A stretch of DNA of 54,972 bases, the filler included, from Squatina squatina (taxonomy: Eukaryota): the NCBI GenBank assembly GCA_031763465.1. It is 3 parts of 3 records of this genome, joined end to end, with 100 filler letters (N's around TTAATTAATTAA, not from the genome) between each part and the next. Parts side by side here need not be neighbours in the genome. Positions count along the whole stretch, not along the records: positions 16,280 to 31,672 come from JARFOE010000192.1; positions 31,773 to 54,972 come from JARFOE010000036.1; 1 more part is not named here. One strand, written 5' to 3'. A program made the position numbers and the translations under genes. This document shows, one piece after another, positions 22,343-35,398 of the stretch. Position 1 is the first letter of the stretch. Every line of letters starts with the position of its first letter. A model generated the notes under the pieces. It was not told where the DNA came from. It was given only the letters and a program-made list of their open reading frames with translations, and did not search any database.

Positions 22343-22780
22343 CTGTCGGAGGGGCAGTACTGAGGGAGCGCTGCACTGTCGGAGGGGCAGTACTGAAGGA
22401 GCGCTGCACTGTCGGAGGGACAGCACTGAGGGAGTGCTGCACTGTCAGAGGTGTCATCTTTCAGATGAAATGTTAAACCAAGGCCCCATTCACTTTCTTC
22501 AGGTGAACAGAAAAGATCCCACGGTCACTATTTGAAGAGGAGGGAAGTTCTCCCCAGTGTCCCGGCTAATATTTATCCTTCAACCAAAATCATTGAAACA
22601 GATTATTTGATCATTATCTCACTGCAGTTTGCGGGAACTTGCTGTGCACCAATGGAGTACCATGTTTCCTACATGACAGCAGTGACGACCGTTCAGAAAC
22701 ACTTAATGAGCTGTGAAGCGTTTTGGGATGTCCCAAGACCATGAAAGACGCTACAGAAATGCAAGTTCCTTTATCTTTCT
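22343..22780 (+). mobile_element. DeuSINE/SacSINE1-like tRNA-SINE with internal 33-bp tandem amplification
   Basis: ctgtcggaggggcagtactgagggagcgctgca repeated about three times, then the SINE body and tail (...gctacagaaatgcaagttccttt). Confidence 0.8.
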
Positions 22781-24557
22781 TTACTCTTCCTACCTTGCAG
22801 GAGACCATGCAGCCTCAGTTTGCCAGACCTCTCCAAGCATTTTACACCTGTTCCTGCCAATATTAGCTCATTAGAACTGAGGATCAGAACTAAAGTGGGA
22901 ACCAAACCTTCTGAGACTCGTAAACCCGATTTAAAATCAACCCCAAGAACCCAAGAAGAATGAGCCAGCCAAGGAACCAGGATGAGCTGCTGGGCCTCAG
23001 CTCTAGGTCCATCGATCTGATGTCTACATCGCCTGTGGCATTGGTCATTGTGCAGCTGAGAATACATTTTTTTTTACAATATTGACAAACCATGACAGGG
23101 AAATCGTCAAAGGAAATAAACCTAAGTTGAAACACCACTTAATTTGTTTTTGCTCATGTTGGTTGAGGGGTGAATGCTGACCTGGACACCAGGAGAGACC
23201 TCCTCTACTCTCCGGATAGTGCCAGGAGTTCCTTAATGCCCACCTGAACAGGCGGACCGTTCAATGTCTCATTTGAAAGATGGCATCACACACACTCCCA
23301 GGGCAGGTACAGCATGGTTTAGATACAGAGTAAAGCTCTAATTGGACTGTTCAAATACTCCACTTTCCGGTGCTGATTGACGTTCCACATTCTGTTTCAA
23401 TATCTAAGTTGGGGGGGTGGGGGGCGCCGTGTAGGGGGAATAAATGTTGGCCAGGATAACTGGGAGAACTCTGCTTTACTTTGTGAAATGCCATGGGCTC
23501 TTCCAAGTCCACCTAAACCGGCAGGTCTAACATCTCGCCTGAAAGACTGCGCTCCCTCAGGATTGCACCGGGTGTCAGTCGGGATCGCGTGCTCAAGTCC
23601 TAAGAACCAAGACCTACTACACAGCAGTTATTTTACTGGTAGGGACCCTACATACATTCCATTGAAATAACCCATCACCAGTGCTGGAAAGAAGAGTTTA
23701 ATGGATTGAGCTTGTCAGCAATGTGGATGTGTGTGCATCACAAGTGTGAGAAATGCAGATGAGATGCGCATGGATCAGACTACTTTTGTTGAAACAAACA
23801 TTTCTCTTCTCTATGTTCCAATTTGTGATTCTTCGCGAAACCGTTTTATAAGCTTCCAAACTTTAGCATATAAAAAAATAAACCTCCTTTCTACCACAGC
23901 ATCACAGGCTTTAGAGTACCAGCTAGAATATTAACTTCATTTTTTAAAAAAACTTTTTTTTTTAATATACGAATCAAAAATACATCTTCAGTTATCAGCA
24001 ACTGGATTAAAGTGTAAATATACAAAACTGAGGACAGTGGAGGCAAGGCTGGGAGGGCGGGCGGGTGGGGTGGGGGAGGGGAAATGGACAACACAAAAGG
24101 AACTTAAACAATAAACAAAACTATCTCTCTTCACCCCAGGAGAAAAATGATAGTGGTTTCCAACTTTCCCTCGGACAGAAGCTAGTGTTAGGATGATGGA
24201 GGTCTAACTGTTCTCTGTCTCTCAAAGAGGGTGGGGGTTGGGGAAGAAACAAGACTATAAAATTGCAGTCTGCAATCATTTATCTCGTCCTTAATCACTG
24301 AAAATTGGGATTTAACAGGCGAAGTAGGAGAAGGAACCCTACGAAACACTTCCCATTGCTTGTACCCGGGCTGCTCTCTACTTGCGATAAAGGTTTATCA
24401 GGCTAGTAACGCAAACAGGTTAAAATTAAATATTTATAGATACTGTTTCACTCTCTTGTACTGCGTCCTTTCCTGTAGCAGAAAGCCGTGCCCCGAACAA
24501 GCAGGCCAGCGGTTGGAGTGGGGGTGGAGGTGGGGTGGGGGGCAGGCTCTCCTAGAG

Positions 24558-24769
24558 TTAGGAGATGGGCGGATCCTTCGTGTGTGACAGGTTGGCGCTC
24601 GATAGGAGGGAGAGCGGGTCATCGTCCGTGGGGTCCGGGCTCAGGTCGCCTCCGGGTGGAAAGTACGGCGAATCTCCGAGTTCGAATAAAACGGGGAGGT
24701 CCCCTGTGTCGCTGGAGTTGGAGTCTACCAGTAGCAGAGGTGGGGCACTGTACTGGACAACTTGTTTTC
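24558..24769 (-). CDS. Candidate terminal coding exon of an unidentified gene
   Basis: Polypyrimidine acceptor ccctctctctcttgtccAG, then a CpG-rich open frame (G)KQVVQYSAPPLLLVDSNSSDTGDLPVLFELGDSPYFPPGGDLSPDPTDDDPLSLLSSANLSHTKDPPIS-TAA. Confidence 0.45.
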
Positions 24770-26607
24770 CTGGACAAGAGAGAGAGGGCATAAAACACAA
24801 ATTACTACATTGTGCAGTGTGACAGAAGAGTTCCACAGATAAACAGGGAGGGATTAAGTGGCACGGGACAGAGACAGCACTCGGTGAGATAAGTAGTGAT
24901 ACGAGGTTCACTCCCTGATCTGAGTGAGCGGATCTCAGCTGGTGATCCACAGTTGGCATCAGTGCACCTGGGCTCAGGAGAGGGTCACTCCAGAACCAAC
25001 CACAAAGAATGAGGTGGACACTCCACAGGCTGACCCCTGACAGCTCTTCAGCACAGTGTGGGATACACACCAGGATTCCCATCCCCAGTCACTTGCCCTA
25101 CAGCTCCATAGCAAAGAGACCAGGGTTCCCTTCCCCGATGTGGAACAGGAGGAGGCCATTCAGCCCCTTGAGCCTGTTCCGTCATTGAATTAGATCATGG
25201 CGGATCTGCACCTCAACCCCAATTACCCGCCTTTGTTCTGTAACCCTTGATCAGCATCAGTCAATCTGTTTTTGGTGTTGCTGGTTGAGGGAGGAATATT
25301 GGCCGGGACACAGGGTGAACGCCCTGCTCTTCTCTGAAAAGTGCTGTGGGATCTTGAATGCCCATCAGAGCTGTGAGGCTCAGACGTGCAAAGGGATGGC
25401 ACGTTTCACAAGGCAATAATGAAGTACTGGCCGAGGTTAGATGGTCAAGTCCTGGAGTGGGGCCCGAACCCACAACCTGCAGTCTCAGGAGGCGAGAGAA
25501 CTACCAAAAGAGGAAAGCTGACAAAGTGCGGAACCAGCTGAACATAAAGCCATCCTTCGATTTTTGCTGAAATGAAACCAGGAAGTAGTGGGCATGCTCA
25601 GCGGGACAATCAGCATCTGAAGAGGAAAGGAGGGGCTACGTCTGGGAGGGAGATCCTTCAGCACTCAAACGTCACCCTGTACTTTCTCCCACAGGTACTG
25701 ACTGACCGCCTGGGCATTTCCAGCTTCGTCTGTTACATAGAATGGTGCAGCACACGCAGGCCGATGCCAATGTTTATGCTCCACNNNNNNNNNNNNNNNN
25801 NNNNNNNNNNNNNNNNNNNNNNNNNNNNNNNNNNNNNNNNNNNNNNNNNNNNNNNNNNNNNNNNNNNNNNNNNNNNNNNNNNNNCCTGTGGAGACTTCAC
25901 CGAAGTGAAGCACTGGTGATTACAGGTGTGTCACTGGTGCAGCAACCTGATGAGGAATGGAGTGAGGTTATTGGCTTTAATGCCATTTCTACCCCCCCCC
26001 ACCCAAGTATTGGTAATTAAAATTCTCAAACAAATGCAGTGATGACACTGGCGCCCCCACCTATTGCAGCTAAGCTGGAGTGTTCCTACCGAGACACGTT
26101 GTGCATATCAGGGAGACAGCAGTATAATAGAAATGCTAACCCTATCAGTGCTCTGGGGTGAGTAGAAGAGGAAAGACTGGAGATAACACAATTGACCTCT
26201 GACATCTGCTGGGCTTGAATCAAACTGAAAGATAGAAACAGAAGATCATGCTTGGCACTACACTGCGGAGACAGCAGCAACCATTTCCCAAATCCCGCCA
26301 ACATTTTTTGCACCACATCCAAACACACAACTAAAATAATCCAGGTTTGAGGCAAATAAAACTAAACAGATACACAGTATTTATCTATTTATTTATTTAA
26401 AGACTACTTGAGGGTATAATGCGGGACATCAAAGCTTTTTTTTGACTGTGGGCTGCTCTGGTGTGTACTGTGGGACCTTGCACGCCACTGATCAAATTTA
26501 AATCCTTNNNNNNNNNNNNNNNNNNNNNNNNNNNNNNNNNNNNNNNNNNNNNNNNNNNNNNNNNNNNNNNNNNNNNNNNNNNNNNNNNNNNNNNNNNNNN
26601 NNNNNNN

Positions 26608-27000
26608 AACTCTATCAATGGCCTTAATGAAATCGAAGTATACCACATCCACTGCTTTACCCCATCAAGATCCTTTGTCACACTCAAAGAAAACCAGTAT
26701 GCTAGATTGGCAAGACCACCCCTTCATGAACCTATATTGGCTATATTTTATGATTATATTTCTATTCAGATGCTCCATGATCTTATATTAGGGCTTCCAT
26801 AACTTTACTTACAATGGACATCAAACGCACTGATCTGTGCTTTCCTGGGTCACTTCTGCTACCCATTTTAAAAACAGGATTAACATCTGCCTTCCTCCAG
26901 TCCCGAGGCACCTCTCCAGTATTCAGGGATTTCTGAAAGGGCTGTGCCACAATTCCTGCAGTTTTCTGCCTCATTTTCTCAAGGACAGTTTTCAGCTTTC
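26608..27000 (-). mobile_element. CR1-type LINE reverse-transcriptase fragment
   Basis: FQKSLNTGEVPRDWRKADVNPVFKMGSRSDPGKHRSVRLMSIVSKVME and MDVVYFDFIKAIDRV are degenerate CR1 RT motifs. Confidence 0.9.
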
Positions 27001-27719
27001 CCACAACAACTCGCAGGCTAACATCAACGATGCCAGACCATAGGATCGCTCAACACAGTGAAAACAAAAGAATCAACAAAGTCACTGAGCTTAGACACCT
27101 CACCCCCTCCCTGTCCCTCAATAGTCGAGATCAGCCTGTTGGTGCACCAATCATACATCCATTGCAGCAGTGTGAAAACAGCTGGACAGACCAGTTTATG
27201 GGACAATTTTCTTTTTCTCCTGAAGACACTCACTTCTGAAGATATGGATCAACCAGTGGTATCTTGCCCAAATGGCCATTCGTCATAAGTCTCGGCCAGG
27301 AGTGTCAGCAGGCTATTCAATCACAGAAAGCACAAGAACCGAATTCTGGTCTCTCTTCAGTCAAACATTTATGCACTTTCCAGCGAGGATCACTGATCAA
27401 GTCCAGGGACCTGGACTGATTTTCCCCTTCCTAACCAAAAGGACACAGGTGGTCAATTGTAGTACCTCTAATGTCACCCCAGTAGAAGTTAACTAACACA
27501 GCACAGACTGGGAATTGAACCTTGACTAACACTGCTATTAACAGGCCAGTGATTTGTTAAAAATTGGATTTTTTTTTTTTTAAAGTTAGCAGTATGGACA
27601 GAATACATAACTTGGTCTTTTGCAGAAATATAAAAATATAAAAAAAAGGAACTGAAATATTTTAACATTTGAAGTGAAAAGGCACCAAATATTACAGTGA
27701 CTAGAACTATTACTTGAAT

Positions 27720-27955
27720 CAAAACATAAAAATGCTGGAAATATTCAGGTTAGGCAGCACCTGTGGAGAGAGGAACAGTTAACATTTCAAGTCGATGATC
27801 TTTCATCAAAACTGTTCTGCTGAAGGGCTACAGACCTGAAACGTTAACTCTATTCATCCACAGATGCTGCCTGTCCTGCTGACTATTTCCAGTATTTTCT
27901 TTCAGTATTTGATTTCAGATTTACAGCATCCGCAGTATTTTGCTTTTGTATTATC
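27720..27955. repeat. Palindromic dispersed repeat (MITE-like or Penelope-associated); related copies at ~1830-2050, 10190-10340, 37110-37200, 52270-52365
   Basis: aaatgctggaaatattcagg...ggcagcacctgtggagagag pairs with ccacagatgctgcctgtcctgctgactatttccagtatttt as long inverted arms. Confidence 0.7.
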
Positions 27956-28479
27956 TGAATCGCTATGCACTACGGCTTGTATCACATCCCACAAATGCTG
28001 GCACTCTGAGTGGCAACTGTGATTCACCCCAAGCAATAATCGTACCAAAAATAGCTGGAAAAATAATTCAAGTCAGTTGTCATAACCCCAGTTTATATTT
28101 CTAGCTCACTGACTTGTTCCAAGTCAGTGTTCTATTTGAAAAGGATGATGGGTTCATGATCCATTAACTCTCCCAGACCCATCTTCATAGAATCAGCAGC
28201 TGATGTGCTGAATGAAAGGTATTGTGTGTACATTGGAAACTTCAGCAAGCAGAGAATGCAGGCAGGAATAAGTTCTGCCAGGGACCGCGCAATATTAAAT
28301 CTTCAACACAAGGCTCTCCGTTCTGTTGAAGGTGGTGCCATGGGTGTTTCCTAGCTTCAGGTATGTAGACCAAATAGCCATTTTTCTTTGAGCATCAGCA
28401 GGCAATGAAATAGGGCCCAGCTGATTCTGACCTGATCCATGTGCACTGGATAGCAATCAGAAAGCCCTAATAAAGCAGT

Positions 28480-29180
28480 GCATGCCAGCCTATGAAAGGA
28501 CCAGACTAACATCTGGGCTTAGGCTGACAAATGGCATGCAATATTTGTGCCACACAAGAGCTGCAATGTCTATCTCGAACAAGACAAAGCCCAGCCATTT
28601 GCCCAGGACCTTCAATGGCACACTCACCAAGTCCTCCATCACATCTTTGATGGGGGTGTCGCCATTGACAAGTATTGTGAACTGCAACAGCCATATCAAG
28701 ACCCTGGCCACAAGGATAGGGCAGAGGCTGGGTGTGCTGTGATGAGGGGCTCACTTTCTGACCCCTCAAAGCCTCTTCACCTTCGACAAGTCAGAAGTGC
28801 GGTGGAATGCTCACCACCTACCTAGATGGATACAGCCACAACATTCAGGAAGCTCAACACTACTGAGGGCAGAGCAGTTCACTTGATTGGCATCCTGCCA
28901 CTGAACTCAATATTCACCTCCTCCATCACTAGCACACTGTAGCTGCAGTATGCATAATCTAAAGGATGCAATGCAGCAACTCGCAAGGTTACTCCAACAG
29001 GATCGCCCTCTTCTACAGCCTCTTGGACTGTGGAAAAGTGCAGCAACATCACATCACCATTGTGGGAGAGCCATCAGGCACAGGAGTGCTTCAAAGAGAA
29101 GGCCTACAACCACCTTCTATGCACAACTAGGAATGAGCAATAAATGTGGTCGTACCTGTGTCACCCACATCCCACCAACA
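28480..29180 (+). mobile_element. CR1/L2-group LINE 3' fragment
   Basis: gctgacaaatggca...tttgtgccacacaag resembles the RT C-terminal (W)ADKW..F.P.KC pattern. Ends in a ...gcaactaggaatgagcaataaatg tail shared with other repeats in the window. Confidence 0.7.
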
Positions 29181-30003
29181 AATATATTAAGTGTGGGAAC
29201 CCGAGATGCTTTCCTCTCCCCTGTCCAGCAAAGCACCCTCCTCTACCTCAACACGNNNNNNNNNNNNNNNNNNNNNNNNNNNNNNNNNNNNNNNNNNNNN
29301 NNNNNNNNNNNNNNNNNNNNNNNNNNNNNNNNNNNNNNNNNNNNNNNNNNNNNNNTACTGCATTGGGAGCTCTTGTGCTCAAATTCCTGGAGTGGGACTT
29401 GAACCCACAGCGTTCTGAATCAGAGGCGAGAGCGCTACCCACTGAGCCATGGCTGAACAGGAGCAGAGGGTGAGGTGGCATGCAGTATATTTGCAAGCAG
29501 ACGGACTGTCCCACGGAGCAACCGCACCACGGCTGGCATGGTATCAGCTTCTCTGTTAGTCGGGTTTCCAATCCAGAGTGGGCAGCTGTTAAGAGAAAGA
29601 GAACGTCCCTTGTGAGGGTAGAGGGATGTCCCTCAGCGACTGAATTTGGATCAATTGTCTGGATTCAGAACCTGCAACCTTAGTTTCTCCCCCAGCCAGA
29701 ATAATCCTGGAAACGTTGAAAGCCACAGTGAAGCCGGTGTCTCTTTAAAGGTACAGACGGAAGGAAGGCTTCGCTGCCGAATGATTATTCCATCTGTCTG
29801 AAGTGAGTGAGTGACGAGGCATTGTGGAATAGAGTGCTGGCAGCCGTCCCTGTTCCACTTCCTGGCAATCCCTGCTGCCGGTAGCCTGCAGACTCCGAGC
29901 TGATGGAAGTTCAATCGCACAGTAGCTGCAGGGCTCTCCTGGAATAGCCATCAGGCCCTCGCAACTTTCACTGAAAGCAGCTGCCTGCTTTGTTTGGGCT
30001 GGT

Positions 30004-30357
30004 GTGGGGGGGTGGTTTGTGGTGGGGAGTCGGGGTGGTAGGCTGGGGGGTGTGGAGGGGGAGAAGGCCTGGGAGCCTGGGTTATGTGGAGGGGGAGAAG
30101 GCCTGGGAGCCTGGGTTGTGTGGTGCGGGCGGAGAAGGGCTGGGAATCTGGGTTGTGTGGTGGGGGAGAAGGGCTGGGAGCCTGGGTTGTGTTCTGGGGG
30201 GAGAAGGCCTGGGAGCCTGGGTTGTGTGGTCAGGGGGAGAAGGGCTGGGAGTCTGGGTTGTGGTGGGGAGAAGGGCTGGGAGTCTGGGTTGTGGTGGGGG
30301 TGAAGGGCTGGGAGTCTGGGTTGTGGTGGGGGAGAAGGGCTGGGAGTCTGGGTTGTG
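30004..30357 (+). repeat. G-rich minisatellite (~33-38 bp unit)
   Basis: Repeated ggggagaagggctgggagtctgggttgtg(t)ggt. Confidence 0.9.
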
Positions 30358-30544
30358 NNNNNNNNNNNNNNNNNNNNNNNNNNNNNNNNNNNNNNNNNNN
30401 NNNNNNNNNNNNNNNNNNNNNNNNNNNNNNNNNNNNNNNNNNNNNNNNNNNNNNNNNTTAAGTGTTTTTCCAGCACTACTTGTGAGCCAGGAGGAGCAAG
30501 AGTGCATCCCTCTGGCCCCCGAAACTAACCTGCTTCGCGGCTCC

Positions 30545-30785
30545 CCACCCCACCCCCCCGCCCTCCAGGATTGAACTTCCCCTCTAGCGTTGCTAACCTC
30601 CCCTGCTTCCAGGATCACTGACCACCCCCTGCCCTCCAGGATGGCCGACCTCCCCGCATACGTCACCCAGGATCGCCGCCCTGCTCCCCTCCCACCAGGA
30701 TCGCCGACCTCCCCTCCACCCCCCATCAGGATCGCCAACCTCCCCTCTCCCCCACCAGGATTGCTGACCTCCCCTCCCCCACCGC
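30545..30785 (+). repeat. C-rich degenerate minisatellite
   Basis: Repeated ccaggatcgccgacctcccc separated by C-runs. Confidence 0.8.
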
Positions 30786-31716
30786 TCAGTTTATGGGATT
30801 GTACCTCTTGTGTGAGCAGTGCCAAGTTGCCTGCTACTGTAGTGTTCTTTTGAAGTTTATTCTCAGTCAGGATGGAGACGTTTAATGACTTACAGTTACT
30901 GCTACACCACTTGACCAGTCGGCCCCAGGTGCAGTCTGACAGAAGACGTTTAACTGCCTCAAAGGAAGGCCGTTGACAGTTGTTTTTCTAGGGATAAGTA
31001 AACCTCCATAAATCAGTTATGGGGCTCTGTGGTTCGGAGGCGGCTTTTCCCCACAGCACACCGCAGAGACCAGTGAGCAGCCCGTACTGTAGTGTGCAGT
31101 ACCCAGAGTGCTGCTGCTTATCTCCGGACTGGAAACCTTCGACTGCTTGCACAGCACTGTACACCCTGTACTGTCAGCAAGGGCTGCCCTCTGCTGCAGC
31201 TGGTGGGGGAGGGGCTGGCAGCTGCTCTAATTCCGCTGGTTTGTATTGTATCTCCCCTCTTCGCGCCCCCGGTCTGGAGCCTTCATGCTTTCTGAAACTC
31301 AAAACAGAAAAAAAACTGCACCATAGTCCTCTGTGCGAGGTGACTACCNNNNNNNNNNTTTGTTTAGGGAGGGAAGGTGTTGCTGTGTTGACTGAGATCT
31401 AAAACCCTCTTGGATGAAAAGGGCGTTTCCATGACGCGGATGATTGGTTGTATTTATACACCGTTTTATCATGTCTCCCAGAAATGTGTCTGCATCTTCA
31501 GTGAATTCATTTAAAGTGCATTAACTGTGCATACAGCAAGATCCCACAAACAGCAATGAGATGACAGATCAGTTGCTCTGTATTTGGTCGTGTTGCTTGA
31601 GCTAGGTGGGCTGGGCAGGACATGGGGAAAACGCCTCTGCTCCTCTTCGAATAGGAGTCTTTATCATTCATCNNNNNNNNNNNNNNNNNNNNNNNNNNNN
31701 NNNNNNNNNNNNNNNN

Positions 31717-31728
31717 TTAATTAATTAA
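31717..31728. other. Artificial scaffold-joining linker
   Basis: Same TTAATTAATTAA within an N run. Confidence 0.95.
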
Positions 31729-33470
31729 NNNNNNNNNNNNNNNNNNNNNNNNNNNNNNNNNNNNNNNNNNNNAAAGTTGGCCAGCCTCCTCGCCTCAGTT
31801 CCCGGTCCCTGCGGGCAATAAGTGGAAATTGGATGAAGCCGAAGTTGAGGCCTGAGCCTACCCCAGGGAAAATGGGCCTCAGGCATGACGGCGGTCGCGC
31901 GGTTGCCGGGGAAACCGAGCCAGGCAGAGTGGGACATGGGGAAACGGAGGGGGCCCTTCACTCCAAGGTGGTCCATTTCCCGGGGCTGACCTTGATGAGC
32001 ATAAAACAAAAATCACGTCAAAATTAGAAAAAAAAAATGAACAGCCTCATAAACCAGGATTGAATAAACTTACATTGTTATCCCTGCAATATAAATGATT
32101 ACCACCTAACAGTCTATTTAGTTAATGTTTTATTTAATGTTTTGACGACATGTTAAAGTTCATCAATATAGATAGAATAATTCAGAGATTAACGATTGAT
32201 TAGATTCTGAATATGAGAAAACACAACTTTAATTTGGAGGCGATAAATATTTTATTACATAAAACAAGAAAAAGAAGGAAGGTTTGAGGAAGAAAGAAGG
32301 AAGAATAAACAGTTAAAGTGCACAAAGACATCCTATTATGTTAAGTTTAATTACTGGTTAATTTAAATCTTTTTAGCGCTATTTTATATCTATTGCTGAA
32401 TTTGAAATACTGGATAATTCAAATTTTCCAGCACAATGAAAAATTAGATATTCTATACTTTAACTAACTGTGAATAAGAGGTTTTGGGAAGGAAANNNNN
32501 NNNNNNNNNNNNNNNNNNNNNNNNNNNNNNNNNNNNNNNNNNNNNNNNNNNNNNNNNNNNNNNNNNNNNNNNNNNNNNNNNNNNNNNNNNNNNNNCTGTG
32601 AGGCAAAGAGGAACCCCATTGCCACTTTAGGCCAGAGCCTACGCAGTGCGCACTCCGATCAGTGCCATGGACAATGGAAGAGTAGCAGCCCACCGTGGGT
32701 AAGGCGTGAATTATTCTGGTGGGCCCCCGGAGGAACAGTAGTGCACAAAAAATAAACTGAGCCGCTGCCGCCCTGGCACCCCCACCGCCGGGAGCGCGCC
32801 CCCCCACTCCCACCACTTCCCTCACGCAAGGGCGGCACTCCGGCCCAATCTCCAGGCTTCATCTGGAGAGTTGCATCGGGAGGCCGGTTCGAGGCCCTTC
32901 AGCTCGTAAATGAGGCTGGAGCCTCAAAATGGCAGCCTTCCAAAAGCCAGAATTGACCCCAATTAATCTTTTACTTGCCTTGAACTTGATTTGAACCTTG
33001 GCTTTGTGATGGCGTTGGTTACAACGATAGAGGAGCCCAGCACAAGACGGGAATAGATGGCATTTGACGAACTGCTGCAGAACATGCAGGAGGGCTGAGG
33101 GAGGCTGAGTTGCAGATGCAGGTTGAGGTGATGCATGCCATTTGCAAGACTTGGTTTGTAGTTTAATCTTTGTTTCTGATTTCAAAGCTCCGACATTGAT
33201 TACAGATGAGAGTAAACACTTTGAGTTGAGCACTTGAGATAATAAAACTGTCTTTCAAAATCAGACAAACTGTTGTCAGTTAAGCAGGCTGTGCAATTTC
33301 AAAGCTACGCTTCATTTCTTTCCTGATATTACAAGAATTAACATTTCTTCAATAGTTAAGTGGCCGTCAAACCACTTGAGAACTGCAAAATGAGTGCTGT
33401 TGCAGGCGAGTTCTGATTGGCCAGATAAGCCTGTAGAAATCCCATTGTCTCGACTGAATTCATCTGGCAG

Positions 33471-33648
33471 AAACTATTGCAAAGTGTCATTTAAAGCCGT
33501 TGCACAGGTGTTTATCCTGGGCTGTACTTGGATTTTTGGATTGCTTCAGTTTCAGGAAGGACCCGGGGTGATGACCTATTTATTCACCATCGTCAACAGT
33601 TTCCAGGGCACCTTCATCTTCATCATCCTCCGTGTGTTAAATCCCAAG
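33471..33648 (+). CDS. Adhesion GPCR, ADGRE (CD97/EMR) family, TM6-TM7 exon
   Basis: FKAVAQVFILGCTWIFGLLQFQEGPGVMTYLFTIVNSFQGTFIFIILRVLNPK matches ADGRE TM6-7 (FKA.AQLFILGC.W..G...YLFTIINSLQG.FIF). Donor AAG|GTaggg. The acceptor at 33470 is less certain. Confidence 0.88.
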
Positions 33649-34184
33649 GTAGGGAATATCGTCTCGTTCCATCACATATTGACTGTTTTGAGCTGATAGG
33701 ACAGGTACCACCTTGTGGAATCGATGTCCTTTCTTCGTTGTCCCTCTGCTGACAGAGCTGGTGAGTCCTGGGGTTTGGTTCCCCGAGTGTTCTCCACTGC
33801 CTTGTCTGAGTGGCCGCTCTTTAGGTGTGAGACCAGCCAGTGAATGCAGGCATGGTATTGGAGCAGCAGCGTGTCAAGCTCTGTCCTTCCATCATCTTTT
33901 CGGAAGAGTGCTCGGGAGTGAGACCGCCGGTTAATTGCTTCCCCTCCCTTACTAACCCTGGGAAACTGAGGCCAACTGTAGCCCCCAGATTGTGCCCCGT
34001 CTGCGATCAGCAAGTACAGTGCAGACCAGGGATCGTACCTGTAACCTTCTGTAATAAGCAGGCTTTCAGAAAGTCACATTCGGTATTGAATATAACATAG
34101 AGATTTATTCTTATTTCATACAAACGTCTTCGATCTTTCCTACACATTCAGTTATAAAGTGGGCATCTCACAGAGATGACTGTT

Positions 34185-34610
34185 AGGAAAGAGTTGAAGG
34201 CTTTGGCGAGGGTGCAGAAGAGATTTACTCGAGGGGTTCCAGTGATGAGGGATTACCGTTACACGGATAGACTGTAGACGGTGGGGTTGTTCTCTTTAGA
34301 GCAGAGAAGGCTAAGAGGAGATTTGATCGAGTTGTTCAGAATGATGAAGCATTTCGATAGAGTGAATAAAGAGAAACTGTTTCCAATGGCTGAAAGCTCG
34401 ATAACCAGTGGGAACAGATTTAAGGTGATTGGCAAAAGAACCAGAGGCAACATGAGGAAAAATATTTACGCAACGAGTGGTTAGGATTTGGAAAGTGCTG
34501 CCTGATTGGGTGGTGGATACAGATTCAATAGAAGCCTTCAAAAGGGAATTGGATAAATACTTGAGGGAGAAAAAGTTGCAGGTATATGGAGAAGAGCGCA
34601 GGAGTGACAT
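34185..34610 (+). mobile_element. CR1-type LINE 3' fragment (in ADGRE intron)
   Basis: GLFSLEQRRLRGDLIELFRMMKHFDRVNKEKLFP is the CR1 ORF2 C-terminus. Confidence 0.9.
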
Positions 34611-34611
34611 T

Positions 34612-34985
34612 GAGTGGTACGGTAGCATAGTGGCTCTGTTCCTGGACTCGTAATCCAGAGGCCTGGACTAATGATCCAGAGACAGGAGCTTAAATCCCAT
34701 CACGGCAGCTGGGGAATTTAAATTCAGTTGATGAAATAAATCGAGAATAAAGAGTTAGTAAAGAAGCCCTTGTCCTTGAATGTCCGTTCGGGAAGGAAAT
34801 CTGCTGTCCTTACCCAGTCTGGCCTATATGTGACTCCGGACACACATCAACGAGGTTGACCCTTAACTGCCCTCTGAAACGGCCCAGCGAGCCACTCAGT
34901 TGTATAAAGCGGCTCACCACCACCTTCTCGAGGGCAATTAGGGATGGGCTGTCCTTGGCAGCGACTCCAACATTCCATCAATGTA
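34612..34985 (+). mobile_element. tRNA-derived SINE (second family) inserted in the CR1 tail
   Basis: ggtagcatagtgg...ctggactcgtaatccagagg tRNA-like head and gggcaattagggatgggc tail. The CR1 3'UTR resumes near 35000. Confidence 0.65.
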
Positions 34986-35398
34986 TAAAAAAAAAACTGG
35001 ATTGCTCTTCGATAGAGCCGGCACAGAATCGATGGACCAAATGGCCTCCTTCTGTTCTGTTCTGACAATAATCAGAGGAAGTGTAATTTCTCGCAGGAAG
35101 TATCAGTCGCAGGTGTTTTGCCCAGCGATATATAAAGTAAGAAAGATTTGTACATTTATATGGCGCATTTCACAACCTCAGTACAACTTAAAGTGCTTCA
35201 CAGCCAATGAGGTACTTTTGAAGTGTCGTCACTGTATAAATGTAACTATATTTAAATTCCACATCATTTATACCGAGAGCAGGTTGACTCCAAACAATAA
35301 TAATGTGACCAGGTCCCAGATTCAATGTGAGCTTTTAATTGTCCTCATTCGGTTACACATCGCCGGAGCACTGACTGCGTTTTGTTTCTTGCCTTAAG

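Noticed and set aside
22890-23138. Minus-strand ORF with hydrophobic stretch WFLGWLILLGFLGLIL
   Set aside because: No convincing splice sites or family similarity; treated as chance.
29745-30853. Long Gly/Trp- and Pro-rich ORFs (up to 247 aa)
   Set aside because: Derived from minisatellites and read through an N gap.
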